From Lytechinus pictus (taxonomy: Eukaryota): 64,000 nucleotides of DNA. Every line of letters starts with the position of its first letter. Position 1 is the first letter of the stretch. Location of the stretch: positions 39,558,001-39,622,000 of the forward strand of contig NC_087245.1 of assembly GCF_037042905.1 (NCBI RefSeq), read 5' to 3'. The translations under genes were made by a program, and so were the position numbers. Below the pieces are notes generated by a model. It had not been told where the DNA came from. It saw nothing but the letters and a program-made list of their open reading frames with translations, and ran no database searches. Positions 52,945 to 64,000 of this stretch are shown here, one piece after another.

Positions 52945-54270
52945 TAAGATTCGTAATTCCAAAGGTTCGTTAGTACGAAAACAAAATGGTTAATTTTTCC
53001 TAAAATGAAATTGTAACAAAAACGGCGTTGTAATTAAAAAAATAACAAGATATTATGCAGTAATAGTTTCAACGGAGGATTATACATGTGTTGTGGTCCA
53101 CGCACGTATTGTATCAAGAATTGGCGCTTGGATCAAACATCTTAATTTTGATTTGTTTTCTCTGAGCAATTTGGGACTGCGCGTTGGTCACACGTGACCT
53201 CAAGATAAGGGGATTTTTTTTAGGGGAGGGAAGTAATTTTTTAACAGCTTATGCTGGTTATGATAAAAAAAAATCCCCGTAGGTAAAAAAATTGTCATTC
53301 TTTAAGAAGGGAAAATGCCTTTCAAATACTCATTTTGAAGTACAGCATAATATATTTCAGGTTAGAAAATCTCTTTTTTATTGCTCGCGCTTCACGCTTG
53401 CTTCAATCATCATGTAGTATGGAACTCAGCCCTTTTCTGATAAACAATGCTTAGAATTTCCATGTTTAGTATGGTTGGAATATCATATATTTTCAGCTCG
53501 CGCTTCGTGCTTGCGCTAATTCTTTGGTTAGATAAACATCTTTTTCATGATAACGAGAATTACTGCTGGAATGTTTAATTTTCATTTCTTATTGAAATGT
53601 CCAAAAGTTTGAGCTTGCGATTAGCGCTCGAGCCGCAACATCTCGCGCGAAGAGTATATGGCCTATAATAGCCCCATGATTGACCAAAAAGCGAGTTTTA
53701 TAACTTCAGATGTGAAAATTTGTCCGAACCGCGTAAAAAGCCTTAATCATAAATCACTTCAAAAAGGCTTTGCTCAACTTAATTACTTATATAAATATAC
53801 AAAACATACAACGACATCATACAGATGATAATCTTATGGTGAAAATATGAGGCCCATTTTGACATATAAGTGCCCCTTCTTGCTTGCCCCCCCCCCCAGG
53901 AAAAAAACGTTCGCCCACGCCCCTGCCTTCCCATCCTCATTACGATTGAAAATGAATGGTTTTTCAACCCCCCCCCCCCCCGTCCACCACGCTTGCCCTT
54001 CCGGTATTACGAACCTTATTTCATTTTCGGAATAACTAGCCTTATTTCGTTTTCGGATATAAATGATTAGATATTCTGAAGGCTCGAGCCTTCAGAATAT
54101 CTAATCATTTATCGTTTTTCGAATTAACGAACCTTCGGAATAACGAACCTTATTTCGTTTTCGGACTAACTAACCTTCGGAATAACGAACCCTACTTTGT
54201 TTTCGGATTAACGGACCTTCGGAATAATGAAACTTCGGAATAACGCCACAAATATTCGGATTAATGAATA

Positions 54271-55570
54271 CCCAGGACCAAAATCCAATTGAAACCAGTT
54301 GGATTTCCAACTGGTTTCAATTGGTTTCAACTGGTTTCAATTGGTTTCAACTGGTTTCAATTGGTCTTAACTGGAATGTAACAATTTTCAATTGAAACCA
54401 ATTATTGTAACCAGTTGGGCAACTGGAAATCCTAACTAATCCCAGGGGGCCGTTTTATAAAGCTGTTCGTAAGTTAAGAGCGACTTTAAGAACGAGTGGT
54501 GATCCTTTCTTACGCGCTAAACCATCGCCAATGAATATACCATTTACCACAAGAAAGGATCACCAGTCGTTCTTAAAGTCGCTCTTAACTTACGAACAGC
54601 TTTATGAAACACCCACCAGGAACCAGTTGAGTAACTGGAAATGTCTTCCAACTGGAAATGACTTCTAACTGGACACTGTGGAACCAGTTGGGTAACTGAA
54701 AATCCTATCTGGAACCATGCAGTTGGGTAACTGGAAATGACTTCCAACTGGAAATGACTTCTAACTGGAAAGTTGGGTAACTGGAAATGACTTCTAATTG
54801 GAACCAGTTGGGTAACTGGAAATCCTAACTGGAAATGACTTCCAATTGGTTTCCAATACGAAAATTTTCCAGTTACCCAACTGGATCCAATTGAAACCAG
54901 TTAATTTGCATAATTATCTGCCAATGTGTACAGAGTAATGTTTTATGCTGTGATTCATCATCATTTACAATGTATCAATTCATTTCTTTTCTTTTAAGAG
55001 TTAGCAGTGAAAAAACATGTTCATAAATATTATATATTACAATTTTTAACAGATCAAAAGATAATAATACACCACTAACTGTTACCAAATTACATCAAAT
55101 ACAAATACATATTCGAAGCTCCTCCACATAAATAAAAGTCTAGATTTTATCAATGCCCTTTACATTGGTATTAATAGACATATAACAATGCTTCTGTGTT
55201 GGCATGAGCAATAGTTAGTACAAATGCTAATTAATTTGTAACTAATTAAGTTCATTCCAACTGGAAGTTCCAACTGGTTCCAGTTGAAACCAATTGAAAC
55301 CAGTTGCCTCCAAGTGGATTCAATTGGTTTTAATAGGGAAATTGGAACAACTGGAACCAACTGAGGGCCAGTTGCCTAATTGGTTTCAACTTGAACCAAT
55401 TGAAACCAATTGCCAACTGGTTCCAGTTGCCCAATTGGTTTTTAACTGGAACCAATTGGCAACTGGTTTCAATCGGAACCAGTTTTTCCAATTTCCCTAT
55501 TGAAACCAGTTGGCCAACTGGTTTCAATTGGTTTTGCTCTAATTGGTTTCAACTGAATTTTGGTCCTGGG
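54271..55570. mobile_element. CCC-terminal TIR element (EnSpm/CMC-like) with CAAYTGGTTT subterminal arrays
   Basis: TA|CCCAGGACCAAAAT ... ATTTTGGTCCTGGG|TA; the host sequence is continuous across it when compared with copy X. Confidence 0.85.
54446..54616. mobile_element. PIF/Harbinger-like hairpin MITE nested in 54271-55570
   Basis: Arms of about 65 bp (TTTTATAAAGCTGTTCGTAAGTTAAGAGCGACTTTAAGAACG and its complement) with CAG on both flanks. Confidence 0.85.
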
Positions 55571-55952
55571 TATCGAGGTATTAACGTGTTTCGGAATTAC
55601 GAACCTTCGGAATAAAAAGCCTTTGGAATTAAGAACCTTCGGAATTACGAAGTGTAAAAAACTGATATATCATGCATGCAGCTCGTGCTTCGCGCTCACA
55701 AACCCGTTCACACTTATAATGATGTAACGAGTGTGTGTGTGTGTGTGTGTGCGTGTGTGGGGGGGGGGCGGGTCAATTAATTCGTTCTCTGATTACAGAG
55801 TGTAACTCCTCGTTGATTTCGGGCGGTGATTGACGGGACGTGACTATACTTCTACTACTATACTACTACTACTACTACTACTACTACGTACAACAACTAC
55901 TACTACTATTATACTACTACTACTACTACTACTACTTCTACTACTACTACTA

Positions 55953-55994
<42 letters not shown>

Positions 55995-56145
55995 TACTAC
56001 TACTACTTCTACTACTATATAACAACAACAACAACAACAACTACTGCTGCTACTACTACTACTACTACTACTTACTACTACTACTACTATACTAGCTACT
56101 ATGATACTACTTCTACTACTACGTACTTCTACTACTATACTACTA

Positions 56146-56501
56146 CACTGTAAAAAGTGAAGTGCTAATTTAGCACTTACAGTGCTTGTATAGTGACTGC
56201 ACTATGAGTACGAGTCTTGATTTTCTAGTTCAAAAAATTTAAACTAGAAAATCAGCACTCGTAGTGCAGTGTGTGTGCATTTGAGTTTTGTCAGACGTGT
56301 ATCAATCAGATATGATTATCTACGTCTGGGACCGACCTTTAACATCACCATCCGAAAGACGTGACCAGGGCTCGAACCTCGAACCTCTGCATCAATTTGT
56401 AACTTCCCCGCATAGCTTGGATTACAGGCGCACGCCACACCGCCCAGCAGTCACTATACAAGCACTTTAAGTGCTAAATTAGCACTTCATTTTTTACAGT
56501 G
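56146..56501. mobile_element. Palindromic CACTG-terminal MITE (CACTA/EnSpm-like) inserted in a (TAC)n microsatellite; hosts the 7SL-like SINE
   Basis: TA|CACTGTAAAAAGTGAAGTGCTAATTTAGCACTT ... AAGTGCTAAATTAGCACTTCATTTTTTACAGTG|TA. Confidence 0.85.
56271..56448 (-). mobile_element. SINE with 7SL (Alu-domain)-like head, B box and (CA)n tail
   Basis: Minus strand begins GCTGGGCGGTGTGGCGTGCGCCTGTAATCCAAGCTATGCGGG, then GGTTCGAGCCC about 72 nt in, then GTCTTTCGGATGGTGATGTTAAAGGTCGGTCCC, and ends CACACAC. A short duplication, (GC)AGT, flanks it and it splits the host MITE arm. Confidence 0.7.
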
Positions 56502-56729
56502 TACTACTCTACTATACTACTACTACTACTGACTACTACCTATACTACTACTACTATACTACTACTACTACTACTACGCGGCACGTACCACTACTATAAG
56601 CCTTTTATATACTTCTACTATACAGTAGTACTACTTTATACTAGCGTATTGAAATCCCCCAAAGAGAAAAGGGAAAGAAACAAACACCCGTACATACACC
56701 CATCCACAAACACACACTTTGTTTTGATG

Positions 56730-57100
56730 AAAACCAAACTTCAAAGGTAGCAAACACCGATATCCGGTCGAGGAACCTCACAAGTGGTGTGTACGACTGT
56801 TTTCGAACACAAACAACCGCAGACGATGGTATGCGGGTTTCGACCAATGGAAATTCGTCTTTCCGATGAGAGCATGCACCACGTCTTTTAATAGCACGTG
56901 GACAGTTCACGGTGCGGTCGATCCTCGTTTTATAATCATAACAACAACAAGACGGTTTACATCGTGCGATACGCCCTAGACGTAGACCTACGCTCCTAAT
57001 AAAACTCTAACAATTGATTGTTGTATTTTAGGGTGTTTTCATGGAAGATTTTCGATAATTAGATTGGCTCACATCATTGCAGCAACTATTCCTTTGATTT
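56730..57100 (+). promoter_or_regulatory. Putative FRAT promoter
   Basis: CpG-rich patch upstream of the ORF with CCAAT (about 56844), E-box CACGTG (about 56895), TATAAT (56931) and TCF/LEF-like sites at 56738-56747 and 57091-57099. Confidence 0.4.
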
Positions 57101-57335
57101 TTATTCATTTTTTAGTAATTTAGGACGAAAAAAAGCACGAGTTTTCCTTCCACTTGCGGATGGATAACTGTTATCAGTAATGTGATCCGGTCATAACAAA
57201 TAACATTTTTCTTCTTTCATTCATCCTTCCTGAAAACGTACTGGGACAGAGCCGTTTGTCGGACGGTGTATTCCCTTCAAAAGTACTAAAATCCGAACTA
57301 ATTCGCCAAATTTTACCAAAGAAACCATTGCCAAC

Positions 57336-57764
57336 ATGCCGTCTGTAAGTGGCTCTACCTCTGAATCCACAGTTCAACCTCGGGAAAGCACGTTTGGAAG
57401 CGGAGAAATGGAGGATTTGATGAGGAGAATTACAGACTCGTTGAGATTGAAAGCGAGTTGTAAACAAAAGGTGCATGCACAGAGAGGACTGCAGCGCACG
57501 ACGCCTTACACCTTGCCGACACCAAAGAAATATTTGAAATGCCAGGAACAGTGCAAATATCACAGAAATAGAAAACATTCGTGTGAGAGTTCTTGTTCTG
57601 ATAATAATCCTCACGAACTGCTGAAAAAACTACTCAGGGATAAGTCGCTTATTGCAGAAGCTGTGAAGAGATTGCAGTGCAAACTCGACGAAGCATTGCT
57701 AACAAACAGAATCTCTGCTTCAGACTGTGTTTACCATGAGGACAATGATTTTACCTGCAGCTGA
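57336..57764 (+). CDS. FRAT: FRAT/GBP family GSK-3-binding protein, 142 aa, intronless
   Basis: Three FRAT/GBP motifs in the expected order: EMEDLMRRITDSLRL (domain I), RTTPYT (domain II) and NPHELLKKLLRDKSLIAEAVKRL (GSK3-binding domain; vertebrate PHRLLQQLVLSGNLIKEAVRRL). Start context ccaacATG. Vertebrate FRAT genes are also intronless. Confidence 0.9.
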   Translation: MPSVSGSTSESTVQPRESTFGSGEMEDLMRRITDSLRLKASCKQKVHAQRGLQRTTPYTLPTPKKYLKCQEQCKYHRNRKHSCESSCSDNNPHELLKKLLRDKSLIAEAVKRLQCKLDEALLTNRISASDCVYHEDNDFTCS

Positions 57765-60700
57765 ATTCTTATCTTGTCTTTCACAACTCATACGAACATA
57801 CAATCTCATCTACTGATTAGTAGTTATCATCTGCACTTATTGATCCTACCCATGACTCAGATTCACCTCGTTTCTAACTTTTTCCATCTATCTTGGCAGC
57901 AGGTCCATGACCGTGATGACCATGTGCATCTTCGCTTCGTGGACATTGTCTCGTGTCTGTTGTGACATTAGTTGAGGGCCATGATCTGGTATTGGATTCG
58001 TAATCGTAGATCTACCCGGCTTGAATGCACATGCAAATGAGGTTGCTTAATCGCTTTGCTTGACGATCTCCTGGTCTACAATTTCGGACCACCCAACACC
58101 ATGCCATGGTCAAACTACATGTACAGTAGACTAGGACTAGGTCAACAGTCCGGTAGTCCAGACGTCATATCGGCTCGGCTCTGCTTTACTATACTACCCT
58201 GGTCTGGGCTAGCAGGTTCCGATGGATGTACCAAAACCCAATCCATTTGCACACTTCTTTATTTGAATTCAGATGAATGAAAGTTATAAAGATCAAGAGG
58301 GCCATCATCCAGACCTGTTGTCTCGTCACTTCATGATCAGTAATTTCATCCCTGGTTCAATAGCTGACTGACTGGAACTGAGTGACGATTGGGATCTAGG
58401 CTAATGCCTAATGCCATGGAGTCTGTCAACTTTGTCAAGCATTCTTGGAGTTTTGGGTGTCTCTTCTTCTGGACCCTAGCTGGCCGTGGAGCTTTTTTCG
58501 ACAAGACAGCTCATCAGAAAACAATTGAAAGATTTCAATACCGGGTACCTTAAACCGTAACTGTTGGATCATCGCAAAAATCTTTTGTTTTCACCCGACC
58601 GTATGCAGTCTGAGAAGTTTAATACTACATGTTCTGGACCTTTATTATATTGTAAAACTTTTCTGTTATGTTGATGATTTTATTTGTATTTTTCAGCTTT
58701 TAAGAATTTGTAACAGGACCTACATGTACAATACATGTACGTACATGGTGTAATATAAGAATTCAACCTAAAAATGAATTGTAAATTATGAAAAGGGACG
58801 TGGGGATTTGGGAATATCCAGCCCAAGTAAACTTTGTGGTATGGAAATGTATAGGGTGTCGATCAAGTACATACATTGTAAGGATACATTGTACGAAGTA
58901 ATTCTACCTCCACAAAATTGAAATTATAATAGATCCCCTTAGTACATTGTACTGTAATTCTGTGCTGACGTCAATAGATGTGCCATATCAATGTAAAATG
59001 CTAAATACTGTACAGACTACAGTATACATTTTTAGCATGTACATTGACAAGAGTGTTATAGAAAAACAAACAAAAAGATAAAAAGGGGACAGTTACATGT
59101 ATATCTTTTCTTACTTTGGCAAATGTTGATCTGCTGACTAAAATATACATTGTTCTTCTTAGAAATACATGTAGGGGGAAATAAATTGGCAAAGGTCTGC
59201 AATAAAAAAAACCCATCAACATGTCAAATAAAAAACACAGTGTTATTTGTCTGGATAGTTCATTTATAATTTATTTGCCAAAGACGGGGCCACAGTCCTC
59301 CTTTTGATAAGCATATCTTTATCTCTTGCTCCCTAATCTTATTTGTAAGTGTTCTGGAGTGGGTCCAAAAGCACTGTATTATTGACAGTGCAAATTAAGT
59401 ATTTTGTTTTCCCCTGTGAGTATGATTGTACTTGATCTGTTGCCAGACTGCTTGCATGCTGTTTAGTGCATTGGCATGAGGTAACCCCCAAGCTCTATTT
59501 GATGATGCCGGTAATTAGAGAATAGTTTGCTCATATGCCAGGAACTTTGATAATTTGATGATTTTGATCTTTCATTTTGCCTAAGGGGGAAAGAATATGC
59601 CTTTGCAAGTAGGCTTGTACATGTATCTCCTATCTACATGTACACATACATGTATACATGTTCCTCAGCTCAGAATTCTATACTAAGTTAAATAATGAAT
59701 ATCCCCGAAATGATCTATTTCTGCTTAAGCTTAAAAAAAAAATTGAACCTACAATCTGAATTCTTTTGTCAAGACTGTATTTTGTACAGATATGTAACAC
59801 ACCATAGATCTACATGTACATGATATGAGAATATTGTGTGAAGTAGAAAAAAAAATCTTGGGGTATAAATGTGTACACATTTATCATGCATAATAATTTT
59901 GCACAGGCTGTTGTATAGGCTTGACTTCATGCTTTAAGTTAGTGCAAATAATAAGTGTGCAATTTTATTTGGACTGGACTACTGTACAATACATGTATAA
60001 TCTTATATACATGTACAGCCAGATGTACATTGTAGACAATATTTGGTACATGTACTTGCAGGCAGAATCTTTGAAAGGGCATAACAGTGGCTCAAAATTA
60101 CACAGACTATATACGTTTTCTTGTTAAAATGACTAAGAAATTCTGATGGTTGTAAATCCATAGGGAAATGTTGCCTGTGCTGTATCAACATGTACAGTAC
60201 ATGTGCAGTATCATGCTTTCGTGCACACACTTTGCTTTGCGACACAATAAATAACATGTTTTGAAAAGCCCAATTAATATATGAGGTCATGGTGTCTGAG
60301 TCATCATGCTTGTTTTGGGGAATGTGGGCTGTTTACTGGTAATTCTGCAAGAAGTCTGCTTTAATGAGTACTGCCTTATTTGGTACCTTTGTGAATCACA
60401 ACACATGTTGAAATACTCTTGACCTTGTGCTAATTCATCATTTCCCAGGGCAGATACCATAACAAGATGTTTGTGTTCACAAGTTTCATGTACAATTGTA
60501 AGTTGATATCGGTCTACATATTCATATTAATATGCACTACCAGAGAACCAATTAATTTCATACATTTACATGTAGCTCAAATAGGGGTACATGTATGTAC
60601 TGTACACAACATGTTTTAACAAAATTTATTACTCTTGCTAAGCCTGTATTTTATTTTTTATCTTTTTATGATGCAGGGTATACGTGTAAGCTCACTTCTA

Positions 60701-61357
60701 AGTTGACATTAACATTGTTACCGAGTACTAATTTTGCGAAATTATGTCATGTCATGGAATAATCTGTGCTCCGTTTTATGAGAAGTTTGTTCACTGTATT
60801 AAAATCCATTTATCTGGATCCATTAATGTCAAAGCAGAATAATGCAAGTTCATCGGGTCACATGTTCAACTAAACTTGGGTGGCATATTATTGATAAACA
60901 TTTACATGTTTATCAATAGAAATTACAATGTGAATGCAGCAACTTTAGACCACCAAACATCTGCTATGGCCATGCCGGGCGAGGTTCACCGCGAGTGCTT
61001 TGACCGTTGTCTCACCTTCGTGGGGTTCAAGTGTAGATTACTCATCCATCACCCCATGTTGTTGTTGATGATGGTGATGGCACGTTCCGCTCTACCCACA
61101 CAGGCCAAGAAATTAATAGCCATTGCTTGTGCAATGTTCACTGCCCATGGGAATCTACATAGGGCCTGTGCACATTCAGGCGATGGAAATTCAATTAGGG
61201 TGTCTTGGCATGCTGCCTGGGCGACCAGCCAAAGAGCATTGCGCATTCTGCTCATATTTTGTTTTCTCTGTGTATTGCATGTACCCCCCCCCCTCCTCAC
61301 TGGCCAAAGGAGCTACATGTATGTACCTCTTGATAGGCCTACATAAAAAAAAGTCAT

Positions 61358-61641
61358 TTCCTCCTTTTTATTTCTTTCAAGTTTCAATAGATACCATGCT
61401 CTTTTTGTGTTCAAACAATCTCTACACATACATGTATAAGTTTGATCATTTTCAGGCTTACATATTTGTCATTTATCTCATTATTTAATGTAATTTTCCC
61501 CCTTTTTACTTCTTTGAAGTTGCAATAGATACCATACCATGCTATTCTTTCTATGTTAAAACAATCTCAGCTCCTACATGTACATGTACATGTAGGCCTA
61601 TACGTTTCACAATTTTCAGGCTTACATGTATGTCATTTATC
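61358..61641 (+). repeat. Local tandem duplication, two units of about 140 bp
   Basis: CAATAGATACCAT...AAACAATCTC...ATTTTCAGGCTTACAT...TGTCATTTATC occurs twice. Confidence 0.8.
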
Positions 61642-63407
61642 ACTAAATCTCATTATCACAAGTCAGTTTTTAGGAGTTCAATAATAACTCTATTAGTCCA
61701 GTGTGTGATTTATAACTGATGGTCTAGATTACTGTTAATTGCATTGCATATATTTGTAGGCTAGTATACTAACCTTGAAATATATGCATTTATACATGTA
61801 CCGTAATCACATGTATGTAGAAGAGGGAAGTGGGCGGCTAACATTCCCATGTACAATCTGAATGTTATTTTAAATTTTTATTAACTTTATCTTCATGTAG
61901 CCTACATGTACATGAATATGTACACAAGTACCTTTGATTTTATATCAACTTTTGTACGTCGGTCTATACATGTATTTGTTTTTTCTTTGCTTGTTAAAAT
62001 GCATTTGACATGCGTTGAATGATATTTTATTCACCCATATGCACATGGGCTTGTTGTATTGACATACACTTTATACAGTATATTCCTCTGAACATTGGTG
62101 TATTTTTTTTATAGCATAATTTTTGATACGGTGTATCTGGTTGATGCAATTTATTATACAGTGTACTTTGTTCAGATCTTTAGATGCATTGTATGGCTTT
62201 TTGTAATTTTGCATTATTTTACATCTCTTTGTTTTCTATTATTTTTAACGCAAGTTTTTACTGACAGAACCACAAATCGTTTGGTACAAAGATCGTTGCA
62301 CGACTTGCACGAGCAATTGTTGCATTTACTAAGTATATCTACAAGTGGTATTGTATATTATTCAGTTTCTGATTTGTTTTCGTGTTAAAGTCATCAAAGA
62401 TTTGTTGGATTATGTTGTTGAGTTGGTGAGAAAAAGAAGATCTACATGTATTTGTCATAATGACAAAAATAAAAAAACATAAAGATAAATGAATATGTTT
62501 TCTCTGGTATTGTGTTTGATTCGCTTCTCATCTCTCTATTTTGGGCAGTGACGGAAGAAGTGTTCTTTGCTTGTGTGAATGATGTAAGCTGTGCATGAAT
62601 TGATTTTTTTGAGGATATCTGAATTAGCAAGGGTGAGTGATAATGTATGGCTCAAATAATGATTTAAATTAATCAAGACACCATACTGTCTTTACAACGT
62701 GGACAATCTTCTACTGTACGTAGACTTTAGAAACCAAACACTGATCTTGGGGTACCCTATTCCTAAAACCTAAACAAATATTTGCCTATTTGGTCATGAT
62801 TTCCCCTGAAATAGGCCTCAAACATTTTAACTTTCATGGTAGGGTGAAAACTCTAGGGTGAAATATACAGCGCTGTATAGGCTTGTAACCAACGCATGTT
62901 ATGCCAAATTGAGACTGAGGAATAATATTCAAGCCAATTACCCCACTTTTAGAAGGTCGTCTCATACAGGCAGCCATGCATGCACCTTCACTTCTTGGCT
63001 CTAGAATGGTTTCATAACCAGCGATTGATTGGGCATATGATGTGTTGACATGCATTATGCTTGAACCTAGCCTGTGCCTGTATAATTATTATAGTTAGGG
63101 TCGAGTCTAGTTCACCAGTGTAAACTTATTCCAGGACCCCTATCAAATGATAAATTAGATTGCCCCCTGCCCCCCCCCCCCCTGGTACTTTACATCACTT
63201 ATTGTTTGGCACTTTGCCAATTTTTCTAAGCTGGAACTATATTTTGGCAGTTTGCCATGCTATAATGGTCATGAAATGTCTTGAACAATACTGGCTCGAT
63301 TTCATTATAATATAGGTTTTCATTCCCTTTTGTTAGAGCCTGATAATAAATTAACTTTAAGGGGAAATCTAAGATGATCGACAGCAGATGTCATGTGTAC
63401 AGTGTAA

Positions 63408-63784
63408 TATCCCTTTCATAAACCTATCCTCCAATTAGCCGCCTAATAGTAATGCGGATAATTCAATAAAAATTGCGTTCACAAACTCCGAAAATTATCC
63501 GCATTATTTTTACGAGCGCCCGTCCTGAAAAAGGCAGATAATCGTCATGACAACTGGACATGCCCCCTCCAATGCGGTTGTGTTGGAAAAGGGTGACCTT
63601 GTGACCGCACCATGGCAATCCGCATTATTTGGAAATACGTTCATAAACTCAAAATCTTGTCCCGATGCTGCTATTATGTGGATAATTGCAGCATAAAAAT
63701 AATGCGGATAACTCTGGTCCTCCTCCGATTTTACGACCAAATTATGCTGCTATTAGCCGCATAATTAGGTTTATGAAAGGGGTA
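63408..63784. mobile_element. MITE with TIR CCCTTTCATAAACCTA
   Basis: TATCCCTTTCATAAACCTA ... TAGGTTTATGAAAGGGGTA with internal TAATGCGGATAA repeats. Confidence 0.8.
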
Positions 63785-64000
63785 TTATTTGTCAAAATGA
63801 TCCATTGCCAAGCTACACAGTAGTGCACTCCTATTGCTGGAATTCAGTTCTGGTTGGTGGGGGGGGGGGGGGCTGGCTTCAAAGTAGGCACATAATGAGG
63901 GTGGGGATGTAGGTACTCGTTAATGAAACCATGGACCGAGAGTATAGTAGGTCCATGGTGAAACATATTACATGTACCAAGTCGAAGAAAAAATTGTAAC

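Larger units (their letters stand above)
52756..55655. mobile_element. Composite element with TTCCGAAGGTTCG tandem-array ends, copy Y (inverted relative to X)
   Basis: Ends CCTTCGGAATTACGAAGTGT. 53740-54005 matches the reverse complement of 43835-44080 and 53000-53170 matches that of 47385-47540. Confidence 0.65.
55843..56600. repeat. (TAC)n microsatellite split by the MITE at 56146-56501
   Basis: Visible directly on both sides of the insertion. Confidence 0.95.

Noticed and set aside
55830..56153. Poly-L/T/Y ORFs
   Set aside because: Translations of the (TAC)n microsatellite.
56405..56448. True 7SL gene or human Alu contamination
   Set aside because: Only the first 42 or so nt are 7SL-like, with no S domain, no Alu dimer and no poly(A). 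It is embedded in a native MITE.
57174..57614. 146-aa ORF antisense to FRAT
   Set aside because: Shadow of the FRAT coding sequence with no motif.
60876..61488. Overlapping 156-aa and 121-aa ORFs
   Set aside because: Non-ATG starts in the track, no recognisable homology and no convincing splice signals.

Overview
AT-rich, intron- and transposon-rich animal genomic DNA. The repeat landscape and gene content suggest an echinoderm, probably a sea urchin (inference). Two protein-coding genes are supported. A minus-strand Ral GTPase has coding exons at 9263-9159 and 2139-1931, a probable non-coding first exon and promoter near 33.4 kb, and 3' exons beyond the left edge. An intronless plus-strand FRAT/GBP (GSK-3-binding protein) lies at 57336-57764. 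The rest is mostly non-autonomous DNA transposons (Kolobok-, hAT-, P-, Harbinger-, Tc1- and CACTA-like MITEs, often nested), tRNA SINEs, a LINE 3' fragment and microsatellites. The two most unusual elements are a perfect 141-bp palindrome carrying a Penelope-type minimal hammerhead ribozyme motif on each strand (39460-39600) and a 178-bp SINE with a 7SL (Alu-domain)-like head (56271-56448). All alignments were made by eye and transposon superfamily names are inferred from termini and target-site duplications only.
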